Of a stretch of 64,000 bases of DNA, positions 1-9,685 are shown one piece after another. Origin of the DNA: Solirubrobacteraceae bacterium. Its GTDB lineage: Bacteria; Actinomycetota; Thermoleophilia; Solirubrobacterales; Solirubrobacteraceae. The position numbers and the translations under genes were made by a program. The DNA lies in NCBI GenBank assembly GCA_046330255.1, contig JAXLTC010000001.1, positions 743,787 to 807,786 on the forward strand, read 5' to 3'. The notes beneath the pieces were generated by a model, which saw only the letters and a list, made by a program, of their open reading frames with translations, made no database searches and was not told the origin of the DNA. Positions within the stretch are counted from its first letter, which is position 1. Every line of letters starts with the position of its first letter.

Positions 1-19
1 GCCGGTCGCCGCCGAGCGC

Positions 20-1000
20 GTGCGGGTCGACTGCTGGCTCGGGGACGGCGACGAGCGCACGCTGGCCGACGACGCGCTCGACGGTCTCACGCGGCCCTTC
101 AAGGAGATCCCCCCGAAGCACTTCTACGACACACGCGGCTCCGAGCTCTTCGACGAGATCACGCGACTGCCCGAGTACTACCCCACCCGAGCGGAGCGGG
201 CGATCCTGCGGGACCGCGCGGCGGAGCTGGCGGCGGCCACCGGCGCCGTCGAGCTCGTCGAGCTCGGGTCCGGGACGGCCGAGAAGACACGCGTGCTGCT
301 CGATGCGATGGCGCGCGAAGGCTCGCTGCGCCGCTACGTGCCGCTCGACGTCTCCGAGGCGGTGGTGCGGGACTGCGCGGCGGCGCTGGTGGCCGGCTAC
401 CCCGGCCTGCGCGTGCACGGCGTGGTCGGCGACTTCGAGCGCCACCTGGAGAAGCTGCCGCCCGCCGAGGGGCCGCGGATCGTCGCGCTGCTCGGCGGCA
501 CGATCGGCAACTTCCCGCCCGGCAGCCGGCGCCGGCTGCTCAAGCGCTTCGCGGCGCTGCTCGGCCCGGACGACCGCCTCCTGCTCGGGACCGACCTCGT
601 CAAGGACCCGGCCGTGCTCGAAGCGGCCTACGACGACTCGGCCGGCGTCACCGCGGAGTTCAACCGCAACGTCCTGCACGTCCTCAACCGCGAGCTGGAC
701 GCGGACTTCATGCCGGAGGCGTTCGACCACGTCGCGTTCTTCGACCGCCGCCACGAATGGATCGAGATGCGCCTGCGCGCGACGCGCCCGATGAGCGTGG
801 AGCTGGCCGCGCTCGGCCTGCGCGTCGATCTCGCCGCCGGGGAGGAGATCCGGACGGAGATCAGCGCGAAGTTCACCCGCGCCCGGCTGATGGCCGACTA
901 CGCGGCTGCGGGACTCGCGCTGGACGCCTGGCACACGGACGCGGGCGGGCGCTTCGCGCTCAGCCTCGCGCGGCCCGCGACCGCGCCCTCCGGCGTATAG
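20..1000 (+). CDS. egtD: L-histidine N-alpha-methyltransferase (ergothioneine biosynthesis, EgtD)
   Basis: The 326-aa ORF matches the mycobacterial EgtD pattern over its full length ([56 protein letters not shown]). GTG start at 20. The upstream egt genes would lie outside the window. Confidence 0.85.
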   Translation: MRVDCWLGDGDERTLADDALDGLTRPFKEIPPKHFYDTRGSELFDEITRLPEYYPTRAERAILRDRAAELAAATGAVELVELGSGTAEKTRVLLDAMAREGSLRRYVPLDVSEAVVRDCAAALVAGYPGLRVHGVVGDFERHLEKLPPAEGPRIVALLGGTIGNFPPGSRRRLLKRFAALLGPDDRLLLGTDLVKDPAVLEAAYDDSAGVTAEFNRNVLHVLNRELDADFMPEAFDHVAFFDRRHEWIEMRLRATRPMSVELAALGLRVDLAAGEEIRTEISAKFTRARLMADYAAAGLALDAWHTDAGGRFALSLARPATAPSGV

Positions 1001-1013
1001 GCTCCGGCGCCGC

Positions 1014-1784
1014 ATGGAGATCGACGGCGCAGCGGCAATCGTCTCGGGCGGGGCGTCCGGCCTCGGCGAGGCGACCGTGCGCGCGCTGCACGCGCGCGGC
1101 GCCATGGTCACGATCGCCGACGTGCAGCAGGACAAGGGCGAGGCGCTCGCCGCCGAGCTCGGCGAGCGCGCGAGCTTCGCGGCGACCGACGTGACCAGCG
1201 AGGACGCCGTGGGGGCGGCCGTGAACGCCGCGGCCTCCGCGGCCGGCGGCCTGCGCATCGCGATCTCCTGCGCCGGGATCGGCTGGCCGGAGAAGATCGC
1301 CTCCGCGAAGCGGGGCCCGCACAACCTGATGCCGTTCGAGACGGTGCTGCGCATCAACCTGATCGGGACCTTCAACGTGATGCGCTTCGCCGCCGCGGCG
1401 ATGATCCCGAACGAGCCCAACGCGGACGGCGAGCGCGGAGTGCTCGTCCAGACCGCCTCCGACGCGGCCTTCGAGGGCCAGGTGGGGCAGGTCGCCTACT
1501 CGGCGTCGAAGGGCGGCATCGTCGCGATGACGCTGCCCGCCGCCCGCGACCTCGCGGGCAACGGCATCCGCGTCTGCACGATCGCGCCGGGGCTGTTCGA
1601 CACCCCGCTGCTCGCCCTGCTCCCGCAGGAGCAGCGTGACGCGCTCGGGGCCCAGGCGCCGTTCCCGCCGCGACTGGGGCGCCCCGAGGAGTTCGGGCAG
1701 CTCGCAGCCGCGATCGTCGAGAACCCGATGCTGAACGGGGAGACGATCCGGCTGGACGGCGCGATCCGGATGCAGCCGCGCTGA
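1014..1784 (+). CDS. SDR-family oxidoreductase (3-hydroxyacyl-CoA dehydrogenase type-2-like)
   Basis: Rossmann motif VSGGASGLG near the N-terminus and catalytic YSASK (YxxxK). 256 aa, typical of a classical SDR. Confidence 0.85.
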   Translation: MEIDGAAAIVSGGASGLGEATVRALHARGAMVTIADVQQDKGEALAAELGERASFAATDVTSEDAVGAAVNAAASAAGGLRIAISCAGIGWPEKIASAKRGPHNLMPFETVLRINLIGTFNVMRFAAAAMIPNEPNADGERGVLVQTASDAAFEGQVGQVAYSASKGGIVAMTLPAARDLAGNGIRVCTIAPGLFDTPLLALLPQEQRDALGAQAPFPPRLGRPEEFGQLAAAIVENPMLNGETIRLDGAIRMQPR

Positions 1785-1803
1785 CCGCGCGCTGATCGGT
1801 CGG

Positions 1804-3189
1804 GTGGCCGACCCGCTGTCACCCGCCGACCGCTCCGCGCTCGCGGCCGAGCAGGGGCCTGTCCGGATGACGGTCGGGGCGGTGCTGGTGTTCGAGGGCG
1901 GGCCCGGCGTGCAGCGCAACGCGGTCGCGGCCAGGATCGCGGAGCGCATCCACCTCGTCCCGCGGCTGCGCCAGCGCCTGGTCGCGGTCCCCGGCGGGCT
2001 CACCCCGCCCGGCTGGGCCGATGACGAGGAGTTCGACCTGGGCAACCACGTGCGCAGGCTGGCGCTCTCGCCGCCCGGCGACGGAGCGGCGCTCGCGCGG
2101 CTGACCGGGGTCGAGATGGCGCGCCCGCTGGACCGCGCGCGCCCGCTGTGGGAGCTGCTCGTGGTCGACGGCCTCGCCGGCGGTCGGGTGGCGCTGATCG
2201 CGCGCATCCACCACGCGCTGGTCGACGGGCTCGCGGCGGTCGCGATCGCCGCGGTCCTGCTCGACCCGGCCCCGGAGCCCACGCCCGTGGAGCAGCCGGC
2301 CGATCCGTGGCATCCGCGGCCCGCCGAGCTGCGCCGCACGCTGACCCGGATGGTCTCGGCGCCGATCACGCGGGGCGCGGAGCTGGCGGGCGAGGTGGCC
2401 GAGCGGCTGCTCGAGGCGGACCCTCGCCGCACCGCCGAGGACGCGGCCCGCGCCGCCGAGCTTGCCGCGGAGCTGGCCCGCTCGCGCCCCCAGGCGCCCC
2501 GCCTGCCGCTGAACGGCCGGCTGTCCGAGAGCCGCTCCTACGCGCCCGCCTCCTGGCCGCTGGCCGAGGCCAAGCGGGTCGCGGCGGCGGGGGGCGGCAA
2601 GATCAACGACGTCATCCTCGCCGGCGTCACCGGAATGCTGGCCCGCTGGCTGGCCGAGGCGGGCGCGGCGCTGCCGCCCGGCCGCGAGCCGGTCGCGCTC
2701 GTGCCCGTGAGCGTTCGCGCGCAGGACGAGGCGGGCGGCAACCGCTTCTCCACGGTGCTGGTCGACCTCCCGCTGTCCGAGCCGGACCCGCTCGCGCGCG
2801 TGCGCATCCTGCACGAGCGCGTGGGGGGCCTGCGCGAGTCCGCCGCCGTGCGCGCCGGCGCGCTGATGGTCGGGGCGGCCGGGGCCGGCCCGCCGCTGCT
2901 GGCGGGAGTCGTGACGCGCGCGATGGGGACCGTGCGCGCCTTCAACCTCGTCGTCTCGAACGTCCCCGGCCCGCAGTTCCCGCTGTGGATGAACGGCGCG
3001 CGTCTGCTGGCGCTGCACCCGGCGGTGCCACTGAACCCCGCCCATCAGCGCCTGAACGTGGGCGTGCTCTCCTACGACGGGCGCCTCGGGTTCGGCCTGC
3101 TCGCCGACGGGCGCCTGGAGCCCGGCGCCGGGGTCGCGGCGGCGGCGCTGGACGCGGCGCTCGCGGAGCTGGCCGCGGCCGCGGGCTGA
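1804..3189 (+). CDS. wax ester synthase/diacylglycerol acyltransferase (WS/DGAT family)
   Basis: Catalytic HHxxxDG motif (IHHALVDG). 461 aa. C-terminal NVPGP motif typical of WS/DGAT. Confidence 0.85.
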   Translation: MADPLSPADRSALAAEQGPVRMTVGAVLVFEGGPGVQRNAVAARIAERIHLVPRLRQRLVAVPGGLTPPGWADDEEFDLGNHVRRLALSPPGDGAALARLTGVEMARPLDRARPLWELLVVDGLAGGRVALIARIHHALVDGLAAVAIAAVLLDPAPEPTPVEQPADPWHPRPAELRRTLTRMVSAPITRGAELAGEVAERLLEADPRRTAEDAARAAELAAELARSRPQAPRLPLNGRLSESRSYAPASWPLAEAKRVAAAGGGKINDVILAGVTGMLARWLAEAGAALPPGREPVALVPVSVRAQDEAGGNRFSTVLVDLPLSEPDPLARVRILHERVGGLRESAAVRAGALMVGAAGAGPPLLAGVVTRAMGTVRAFNLVVSNVPGPQFPLWMNGARLLALHPAVPLNPAHQRLNVGVLSYDGRLGFGLLADGRLEPGAGVAAAALDAALAELAAAAG

Positions 3190-3314
3190 GCCCGGGCCGG
3201 CGTCGCGCACGCGCCCGCGGCGGCCCGCACGTCCGTCCATCGCGGCCGCATCCCGCTCCGCAGCGCGGGCCGCGTGCCGATCGAACCCGGGCCCGGATCC
3301 CCGGGCGTCTCGAC

Positions 3315-3851
3315 ATGCGCCTTCGCGGAACACTCGCCCTCGTGCCGTTGCTGGTTTGCGCCCTCGCGGCGCCCGCGGCGGCCCGGCCGTGCAGGGGCGC
3401 CGACCGGCCGCCCCGCGCGGGCGCCGCAGACGCGCCGGCCCGTGCCGTGCTCTGCCTGCTCAACCGCGAGCGGGTCCGCCGGCACCTCGCGCCGCTGCGC
3501 CGGGACCGCCGCCTCGCCATCGCCGCCCGCAGCCACAGCCGCGCGATGGTCGCCCGCGGAGTGTTCTCCCACGACGGCCCGTTCGGCGATGTCGTCGCGC
3601 GGCTGCGCCGGGCGGGCTACATACGCGGCGGCGGCGGGTGGGCCGTCGGCGAGAACATCGCCTGGGGCGGCGGCCTGCTCGCCACCCCGGCCTCGATAAT
3701 GCGCGGCTGGATGGGCAGCCCGGGCCATCGCGCGAACATGCTCTCGCCGAGCTTCCGCGACGTCGGGGTCGGGGTCGCGCTCGGGGCGCCGGGCACGGGC
3801 GGCGGAGGCGCGACCTACACGCAGGACTTCGGCGTGCGCTCCCGGCGCTGA
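3315..3851 (+). CDS. secreted CAP/SCP (PR-1-like) domain protein
   Basis: ATG at 3315 inside the long artefactual ORF 2148..3851. Signal peptide [26 protein letters not shown]-domain motifs [13 protein letters not shown] and [12 protein letters not shown]. Confidence 0.75.
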   Translation: MRLRGTLALVPLLVCALAAPAAARPCRGADRPPRAGAADAPARAVLCLLNRERVRRHLAPLRRDRRLAIAARSHSRAMVARGVFSHDGPFGDVVARLRRAGYIRGGGGWAVGENIAWGGGLLATPASIMRGWMGSPGHRANMLSPSFRDVGVGVALGAPGTGGGGATYTQDFGVRSRR

Positions 3852-3857
3852 GGATCG

Positions 3858-4880
3858 TCAGGCCAGCCGCTTGCCGGTCAGCCGCGCGTGCGCCGCGACA
3901 TCGCGGGCGTACTCGTCGAAGCGCGCGGTGGAGAGCTGCTGTGCGGCGTCGCAGACGGCCTGCTCGGGCCGGGGATGGACCTCGACGATGATCCCATCGG
4001 CCCCGACCGCCGCCGCGGCGCGCGAGAGCGGCTCCACGAGCCGCCGGTCGCCGGCCGCGTGCGATGGATCGACGATCACCGGCAGGTGCGAGTGCTGCTT
4101 GAGCCACGGCACCGCCCCGAGGTCCAGGGTGAAGCGCGTCGCGGTCTCGAACGTGCGAATCCCGCGCTCGCAGAGCACCACCCGCTCCTCCCCCTCCTTG
4201 AGCACGTAGTCGGCGGCCTGCAGCAACTCGTCGACCTTCGAGGAGAGCCCTCGCTTGAGCAGCACCGGCTTGCCGAGCCGGCCGGCCACCTCCAGCAGCG
4301 CGTAGTTCTGCATGTTGCGCGCGCCGATCTGGATCACGTCGGCGGCGGCGGCGACCGCCTCGGCGTGGCTCGCGTCGAGCAGCTCGGTGACGATCGGCAG
4401 CCCCGTGAGCTCGCGCGCCTCGGAGAGGATCTCCAGCGCCGCCGGGCCGAGCCCCTGGAAGGCGAACGGCGAGGTGCGCGGCTTGAACGCGCCGCCGCGC
4501 AGCATCGATGCGCGTCCGTCGCGGACGGAGCGCGCGACCTCGAGCGTCTGCTCGCGCGACTCCACCGTGCACGGGCCCGCGATCAGCGCGAACGTCTCCC
4601 CGCCGCCGATCCGCCTCCCCCCCACCTCGAAGCTCGTCGGCTGCTCGTGCGACAGCTCGGAGGAGGCCAGCTTGTAGGGACGCGAGATCGGGACTACCCG
4701 GTCCACGCCGGGAAGGCCCTCGAGCTCGAGCTCGGCGACTCGCTCCGGATCGCCGATCGCGCCGATCGCGGTCGTCAACTCGCCTGGCCAGACCAGGACG
4801 TGGACGCCGAGCGCCTCCAGGCGCTCGGTCACCGCGCCGATCTCGGCGTCGGTGGCACCGGGTGTCATCACGACCATCAC
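3858..4880 (-). CDS. aroF: 3-deoxy-7-phosphoheptulonate (DAHP) synthase, type I-beta with N-terminal regulatory domain
   Basis: 340 aa. KDSA/DAHP I-beta motifs [28 protein letters not shown] and DPSH. The roughly 70-aa N-terminal ferredoxin-like extension resembles Thermotoga-type enzymes. Confidence 0.9.
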   Translation of the reverse strand: MMVVMTPGATDAEIGAVTERLEALGVHVLVWPGELTTAIGAIGDPERVAELELEGLPGVDRVVPISRPYKLASSELSHEQPTSFEVGGRRIGGGETFALIAGPCTVESREQTLEVARSVRDGRASMLRGGAFKPRTSPFAFQGLGPAALEILSEARELTGLPIVTELLDASHAEAVAAAADVIQIGARNMQNYALLEVAGRLGKPVLLKRGLSSKVDELLQAADYVLKEGEERVVLCERGIRTFETATRFTLDLGAVPWLKQHSHLPVIVDPSHAAGDRRLVEPLSRAAAAVGADGIIVEVHPRPEQAVCDAAQQLSTARFDEYARDVAAHARLTGKRLA

Positions 4881-4946
4881 GCCGGCTGATTGTCACAGCC
4901 GCGCTCCATTCGCGCCGTGGAAGGGCCCGGACTCCGCGGCGCCCGG

Positions 4947-6395
4947 ATGACCTGTGAGCGCCGACCCGCGACCGTTCCGTCCGGCACTCTGCAATCCTGT
5001 GTGAGCTTGGTGGCTTCCACGTCAGCCCTGCGAGCGCTTCTGCTCGCGGCCCTGGCGGCGCTGCTCCTCCTGCCCGCGACCCCGAGCGCGGCCTCGTCGA
5101 AGGAGCGGCGTCTCTCGAGCCCGACCGCCCGGCAGTCCGCTCGCGGCGCCGCTAGCACATGCTCGAAGCCTCGCCGACGGGTCAGCCGGCGGGTCGCGGC
5201 GAGACGCCGCGCCGCCGCACGCCGCCGGGCTGCCGCACGCCGGCGGGCGGCGAAGCGCTCGGTCGCGAACGCGGCCGGCGCGCGCAGCCGCTCCCCCGCG
5301 GCTCGCCGCCGGGCTGCCGCACGCCGCCGCGCCGCCGCACGCCGCCGGGCTGCCGCACGCCGGCGGGCTGCCGCACGCCGCCGGGCTGCCGCACGCCGGC
5401 GGGCTGCCGCACGCCGCCGGGCTGCGGCGCGGCGCTGCGCGAAGCGGCGGCGCAGCCGGCGCCCCGCCGCGCCGCGACCTCCCGCATCGCGGCCGCCCGC
5501 AACGCAGGGCGTGGACGCCGGCAACCCGTTCGCCGCCGCGCGCTTCTGGGTGGATTCCCACTCGGACGCGGCGCTCACCGCGGCTCAATGGCAGGCCTCG
5601 GGGCGCACCGCGGACGCGGCCCAGATGCGCAAGGTCTCGGGGCAGCCCTGGGCGATCTGGCTCAACGCGGGCTGGACGATGAGCGGTCTGAGCGCTCGCA
5701 TCGCGCAGATCCGCGCGGCGGGCGCGCTGCCGGTGTTCGTCGTCTACAACATCCCGTGGCGCGACTGCGGCCGCTACTCCAGCGGCGGCGCCGCCTCCCC
5801 CGACGCCTACCGCGCGTGGGTGGCCCAGGTCGCCGCTCGGCTCGCGGGAGGACGGGCGGCGGTGGTGATCGAGCCCGATGCGCTCGCCGAGATCACGTGT
5901 CTGTCCGCCGATCGCCAGGCCGCCTACTACGACATGCTGCGCTACGACGTCGCGACGTTCGGCGCGCTGCCGGGGGTCGCGACCTACCTCGACGCCGGCC
6001 ACGAGCGCTGGCAGCCGGCCGCGACGATGGCGGGGCGCCTCCAGAAGGCGGGCGCCGCCGGCGCGCGCGGCTTCGCGCTCAACATCTCGAACTTCAACGC
6101 GACGCCCGGCGAGATCGCCTACGGCCGCGCGATCTCCTCGCAGATCGGCGGCAAGCGCTTCGTGATCGACACCAGCCGCAACGGCCTGGGACCCGCCGGC
6201 GGCAGCAACTGGTGGTGCAACCCGCCGGGCCGCGCGCTCGGCGCACCCCCGACCGCCCACACCGGAGATCCGCTCGTGGACGCGTTCTTCTGGTTCAAGG
6301 TCCCGGGAGAGTCGGACGGCTCCTGCAACGGAGGTCCCGCCTCCGGCCGCTGGTGGCCGGAGTACGCGCTCGGGCTGGCCCAGCGCTCACCCTGA
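4947..6395 (+). CDS. secreted glycoside hydrolase family 6 (cellulase-type) with Arg/Ala-repeat spacer
   Basis: GH6 catalytic-domain motifs VVYNIPWRDCG, VVIEPDALA, YLDAGH, NISNF and FWFKVPGESDG. The signal-like peptide LRALLLAALAALLLLPATPSAA is in the same frame. Start could be ATG 4947 or GTG 5001. Confidence 0.8.
   Translation: MTCERRPATVPSGTLQSCVSLVASTSALRALLLAALAALLLLPATPSAASSKERRLSSPTARQSARGAASTCSKPRRRVSRRVAARRRAAARRRAAARRRAAKRSVANAAGARSRSPAARRRAAARRRAAARRRAAARRRAAARRRAAARRRAAARRRAAARRCAKRRRSRRPAAPRPPASRPPATQGVDAGNPFAAARFWVDSHSDAALTAAQWQASGRTADAAQMRKVSGQPWAIWLNAGWTMSGLSARIAQIRAAGALPVFVVYNIPWRDCGRYSSGGAASPDAYRAWVAQVAARLAGGRAAVVIEPDALAEITCLSADRQAAYYDMLRYDVATFGALPGVATYLDAGHERWQPAATMAGRLQKAGAAGARGFALNISNFNATPGEIAYGRAISSQIGGKRFVIDTSRNGLGPAGGSNWWCNPPGRALGAPPTAHTGDPLVDAFFWFKVPGESDGSCNGGPASGRWWPEYALGLAQRSP
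5196..5440 (+). repeat. 18-bp tandem repeat (unit approx GCTGCCGCACGCCGSCGG) in two blocks, encoding (RRRAAA)n within the GH6 gene
   Basis: Direct reading: blocks at about 5196-5250 and 5303-5435. Translation in the gene frame gives AARRRAAARRR repeated about 11 times. Confidence 0.85.
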
Positions 6396-6401
6396 AGGCG
6401 C

Positions 6402-7055
6402 TCAGAGCCCCAGGCCCTCGACGCCCGCCTCGTCATATCCCAGGTGGTGCGCGAGCTCGTGGCGAACCGTGCGTGTGACCTGGGCGCGCAGCATGTCCGG
6501 GTCGTGGCCAAAGTCGCGCAGCAGCGTGTCGCGGTAGATCACGATGCGGTCGGGAACGTCGTCGCGGGCGACGCCGTCGCCGTGGTAGAGACCGTAGGCG
6601 CGGCGCCGGCGCCCCCCGTCCGAGACGACGACCGCGACCCCTTCGAGCGCGCGCGTGAACTCGACCGGGAGGTCGTCGAGCGCGCGCTCGACCAGCACGC
6701 GGAACTCGTCCTCGTCGTAGGGGTCCAGGCCGAGGTCGTCGTCCTCGTCCTCGCCCCAGTCGTCCTCGTCGTCCGCCGCCTCGCCGGCGGCCAGGCGCTC
6801 CGAGCGCTCCACCACGCGATCGAAGTCGCGCTCGGACACCGGCTCGCGCCAGCCGGCCATCCGCCCCGAGACCAGCGTGATCAGGAACGCGACCAGCAGG
6901 ATCGCGGCGGCGACGATCGCGAGCACCTGGAGCAGGCGGAACGGCTGGCGGGCGGACAGCCCGAAGGCGACCGAGACCGCGCCCAGCCCGACGACGAGCG
7001 CGGCCGCGGCGGACAGCGCGACGCGGCGAGCTGTCGGCGATCCGGCCGGGCGCAT
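6402..7055 (-). CDS. membrane-anchored zincin-like metallopeptidase (Zincin_1/DUF1025-like)
   Basis: C-terminal HELAHHLG zinc motif, two N-terminal hydrophobic helices and an acidic linker. Confidence 0.7.
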   Translation of the reverse strand: MRPAGSPTARRVALSAAAALVVGLGAVSVAFGLSARQPFRLLQVLAIVAAAILLVAFLITLVSGRMAGWREPVSERDFDRVVERSERLAAGEAADDEDDWGEDEDDDLGLDPYDEDEFRVLVERALDDLPVEFTRALEGVAVVVSDGGRRRRAYGLYHGDGVARDDVPDRIVIYRDTLLRDFGHDPDMLRAQVTRTVRHELAHHLGYDEAGVEGLGL

Positions 7056-7092
7056 GCCCCCATATTGACGCGCGGCGGCCCGGGGGCGGCGA

Positions 7093-8262
7093 TCAGCGCA
7101 GCGCGCGGGCGATCACGAGACGCTGGATCTCGTTCGTGCCCTCGTAGATCTGGGTGATCTTCGCGTCGCGCATGAAGCGCTCGACCGGGTACTCGCTCAC
7201 GTACCCGTAGCCGCCCAGGACCTGCACCGCCTCGACGGTGACGGCCATCGCCGTGTCCGAGCAGAACAGCTTCGCCATCGCCGAGTACTTGCCGGCGTCC
7301 GGCTCGCCGCGGTCGATCTTGGCGCAGGCCTTGTAGAGCAGCTCGCGCGCGGCGGCGCACTGGGTCTCCATGTCGGCGAGCTTGAACTGGATCGCCTGGA
7401 AGGAGTTGATCGGCTTGCCGAACTGGCGCCGCTCGCGCGCGTAGGCGGCGGCGTAGTCGGTGGCCCCCTGGGCGATCCCGAGCGCCTGCGCGGCCACGCC
7501 GAGGCGCGAGTGGTCGAGGGTGCCGAGCGCGACATGCATGCCCTTGCCCTCCTCGCCGAGCAGGTTCCCGGCCGGCACCCGGACCCCATCGAAGATCGGC
7601 TGGCCCGTCGGCGAGCCGCGGATCCCGAGCTTGTGCTCGAGCTTGCCGACGCTGAAGCCGGGGCGGTCGGCCTCGACCAGGAACGCGCTGATCCCGTGGG
7701 AGCGCCCGGCCTCGCGGTCGGTGACCGCGAAGACGACGTAGAAGTCGGCGATCCCCAGGTTCGTGATCCAGTTCTTGGTGCCGTCGATGACCCAGTCGTC
7801 GCCGTCGCGGACCGCCCGGGTGATCATCCCGCCGGGGTCGGAGCCGGCCTCGGGCTCCGAGAGCGCGAACGCCGGGGTCCACTCGCCGGAGGCGCAGCGC
7901 GGCAGATAGCGGAGCTTCTGCTCCTCGGTGCCGAACAGGCGGATCGGCAGCGTGCCGAGCTCCTGCACCATCAGCATGAGCGCGGTCGAGGCGCAGGCCT
8001 TGCTTACCTCCTCGATCGCGATGTTGAGCATCAGCGTGCCCGTGCCGGTGCCGCCGTGCGCCTCCTCGAACGGAAGCCCGAAGAGGTCGTGCTCGGCGAA
8101 CAGCTCGCGCAGGTCGTGCGGGTACTCCGCCTTCGCGTCGATCTCCGCGGCCCGCGGCGCGACGCGGTCGGTGACGATCGCGCGGATCGTCTCGCGGAAC
8201 GCGAGGTGATTGTCGCTCAGCGCATAGAGATCGTCCGCGGCGCCCATCCGGCGGCGGATCAT
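7093..8262 (-). CDS. acyl-CoA dehydrogenase
   Basis: 389 aa. ACAD signatures ALSEPEAGSD, GxKxWITN and QVLGGYGY..YEGTNEIQRLVIAR. Confidence 0.9.
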   Translation of the reverse strand: MIRRRMGAADDLYALSDNHLAFRETIRAIVTDRVAPRAAEIDAKAEYPHDLRELFAEHDLFGLPFEEAHGGTGTGTLMLNIAIEEVSKACASTALMLMVQELGTLPIRLFGTEEQKLRYLPRCASGEWTPAFALSEPEAGSDPGGMITRAVRDGDDWVIDGTKNWITNLGIADFYVVFAVTDREAGRSHGISAFLVEADRPGFSVGKLEHKLGIRGSPTGQPIFDGVRVPAGNLLGEEGKGMHVALGTLDHSRLGVAAQALGIAQGATDYAAAYARERRQFGKPINSFQAIQFKLADMETQCAAARELLYKACAKIDRGEPDAGKYSAMAKLFCSDTAMAVTVEAVQVLGGYGYVSEYPVERFMRDAKITQIYEGTNEIQRLVIARALR

Positions 8263-8338
8263 ATGGCGCGGCCTCCGGGCGGCGCATGGCAGGGGACTGC
8301 GCCTGCCCGCCGCCGCGCGGCCGGTTAGATTCCGGCGG

Positions 8339-8548
8339 GTGACGATTGGTGCGTCCCTCTTCCTGATCGCGGCCGGGGCGATCCTGCGCTACGCGGTCAC
8401 CGACAACCTCAAGGGAGTCGACCTCCAGACCGTCGGCGTGATCCTGATGGTCGTCGGGGTGGTCGGCCTGCTGCTGGGCATCGTGATGACGATGACGGGG
8501 CGCCAGCAGGGCGGCGGGGACGGCGGTCAGCCACCGCCCCCGCGCTGA
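8339..8548 (+). CDS. small two-helix membrane protein (DUF6458-like)
   Basis: 69 aa. The pattern IGASLFLIAAGAILRYAV...DLQTVGVILMVVGVVGLLLG matches the DUF6458 family as I recall it. Divergent from the ACAD gene. Confidence 0.6.
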   Translation: MTIGASLFLIAAGAILRYAVTDNLKGVDLQTVGVILMVVGVVGLLLGIVMTMTGRQQGGGDGGQPPPPR

Positions 8549-8551
8549 GGC

Positions 8552-9373
8552 CTACAGCCCCTTCGGGTGCCGGACGGCGAAGCCGCCCGGGGAGCGCACC
8601 GCCTTCTGCCAGCGCGACCCGGTGTCGCTGCCGCGCATGCTGGTGTCGAACCGCAGTCCCGCGACGACCATGTAGACGTGGCCGCCGTTCGCGTAGATCG
8701 TGACCCAGCGGCCCTTGCCCGAGGCGCCCCAGCCGGCGAAGTCGCCCGAGGTGAGCTGAGTGTTCAGCAGGCGGCCGCCGTGCAGCGCGTAGGAGACCGA
8801 GCCCGAGCAGTCGTATCCCGAGGCGCTGAAGGAGCCGTGCCCACCGCCGTAGACGTAGGGCTTGTGGGCGATGCGGTTGCCCGCCGCGATCACGTTGCGC
8901 ACGCTCTCGGGAGCGTCGACCGGCGGGATCGCGGTGCCGTCGGAGGCGAGCCTGGCCCTGCCGGCGACCCCGGGGCCCTCCGGGCGCTGGCCGAAGGCCG
9001 CGCCGCCGGGGCCACCGCCGATCTCCGAGGAGATGCGCAGCACGCGCGCGCGCAGGCGGCGCGCGTCGGCCGGCGTGACGACGCCGTCGACCCGCATGCG
9101 CGCGGCGCGCTCGAAGCGCCGCACCGAGCGGTCGGTGCTCACGTCGAACTCGTGGGTGACGCGCGTGGTGATGCGCGCCCGCGTGAGGTACTTCTGCAGG
9201 ACGCCCACGTCACGGCCGGTGGTGCCCTCGCGCAGGGTGCGCTCGCCGAGGCGTGTCACGCCACGCGCCTGCGAGGGCGCGGCGGCGAGCGCCGCCAGGG
9301 CGGCCGCGACGATGATCGTGGCGGTCGCGAGCGCGTGGTGGACGCGCGGGATCGAGGCATCGTTGGTGCTCAC
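8552..9373 (-). CDS. secreted peptidoglycan-binding + NlpC/P60 (C40) cell-wall hydrolase
   Basis: Signal/TM segment, PG_binding_1-like region (GRDVGVLQKYL..VDGVVTPA), and a C40 catalytic region GYDCSGSVSYAL ... GHVYMV. GTG start at 9373 preceded by AAGGAG. Confidence 0.8.
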   Translation of the reverse strand: MSTNDASIPRVHHALATATIIVAAALAALAAAPSQARGVTRLGERTLREGTTGRDVGVLQKYLTRARITTRVTHEFDVSTDRSVRRFERAARMRVDGVVTPADARRLRARVLRISSEIGGGPGGAAFGQRPEGPGVAGRARLASDGTAIPPVDAPESVRNVIAAGNRIAHKPYVYGGGHGSFSASGYDCSGSVSYALHGGRLLNTQLTSGDFAGWGASGKGRWVTIYANGGHVYMVVAGLRFDTSMRGSDTGSRWQKAVRSPGGFAVRHPKGL

Positions 9374-9394
9374 GGCGGAACAGCTCCTTGTTCG

Positions 9395-9570
9395 CTCCGT
9401 CGCCTGCGGGGTTAGCTGACGGGCTCGCGCCGTGCGACTGGCGCTACGCCGGGTGCTTCCCGGCGATTCGCCCCGCGGGACGACCCTCGGAAGGGCCGGC
9501 CCAGTGGGTCCCCCGCTCCCGGCCGCCTGGGCGGGCCGGAACTCGGCTCTGGCTGTTGGCTACCGCGACA
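9395..9570 (-). promoter_or_regulatory. c-di-AMP riboswitch (ydaO-yuaA class) in the 5' leader of the NlpC/P60 gene
   Basis: The minus-strand RNA contains GAGCGGGGGACCCA, CGGGGCGAAUC and CCCGUCAGCUAACCCCGCAGGCG. These match the signature blocks of the B. subtilis ydaO element as I recall them (GAGCGGGGGACCCA, GGGGUGAAUC, CCCGUCAGCUAACCUCGUAAGCG). The element ends about 10 nt before the SD. The 5' boundary is approximate. Confidence 0.8.
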
Positions 9571-9685
9571 ACAACAGCGGCGCGCCCGCGTCGTTTCGCG
9601 TATGTGAGCAAGCGCACACAGGCCGCGGAGGGCGTCGACGGGGGGAATGCCGCCGGGAGCGGCGCCGGGCGTAGGCTGCCGCGGC

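Noticed and set aside
4877-5578. Minus-strand ORF that also shows an AARRR repeat
   Set aside because: It is a mirror image of the 18-bp repeat read on the opposite strand. It has no signal peptide or domain, and the plus frame is continuous with a bona fide GH6 domain.
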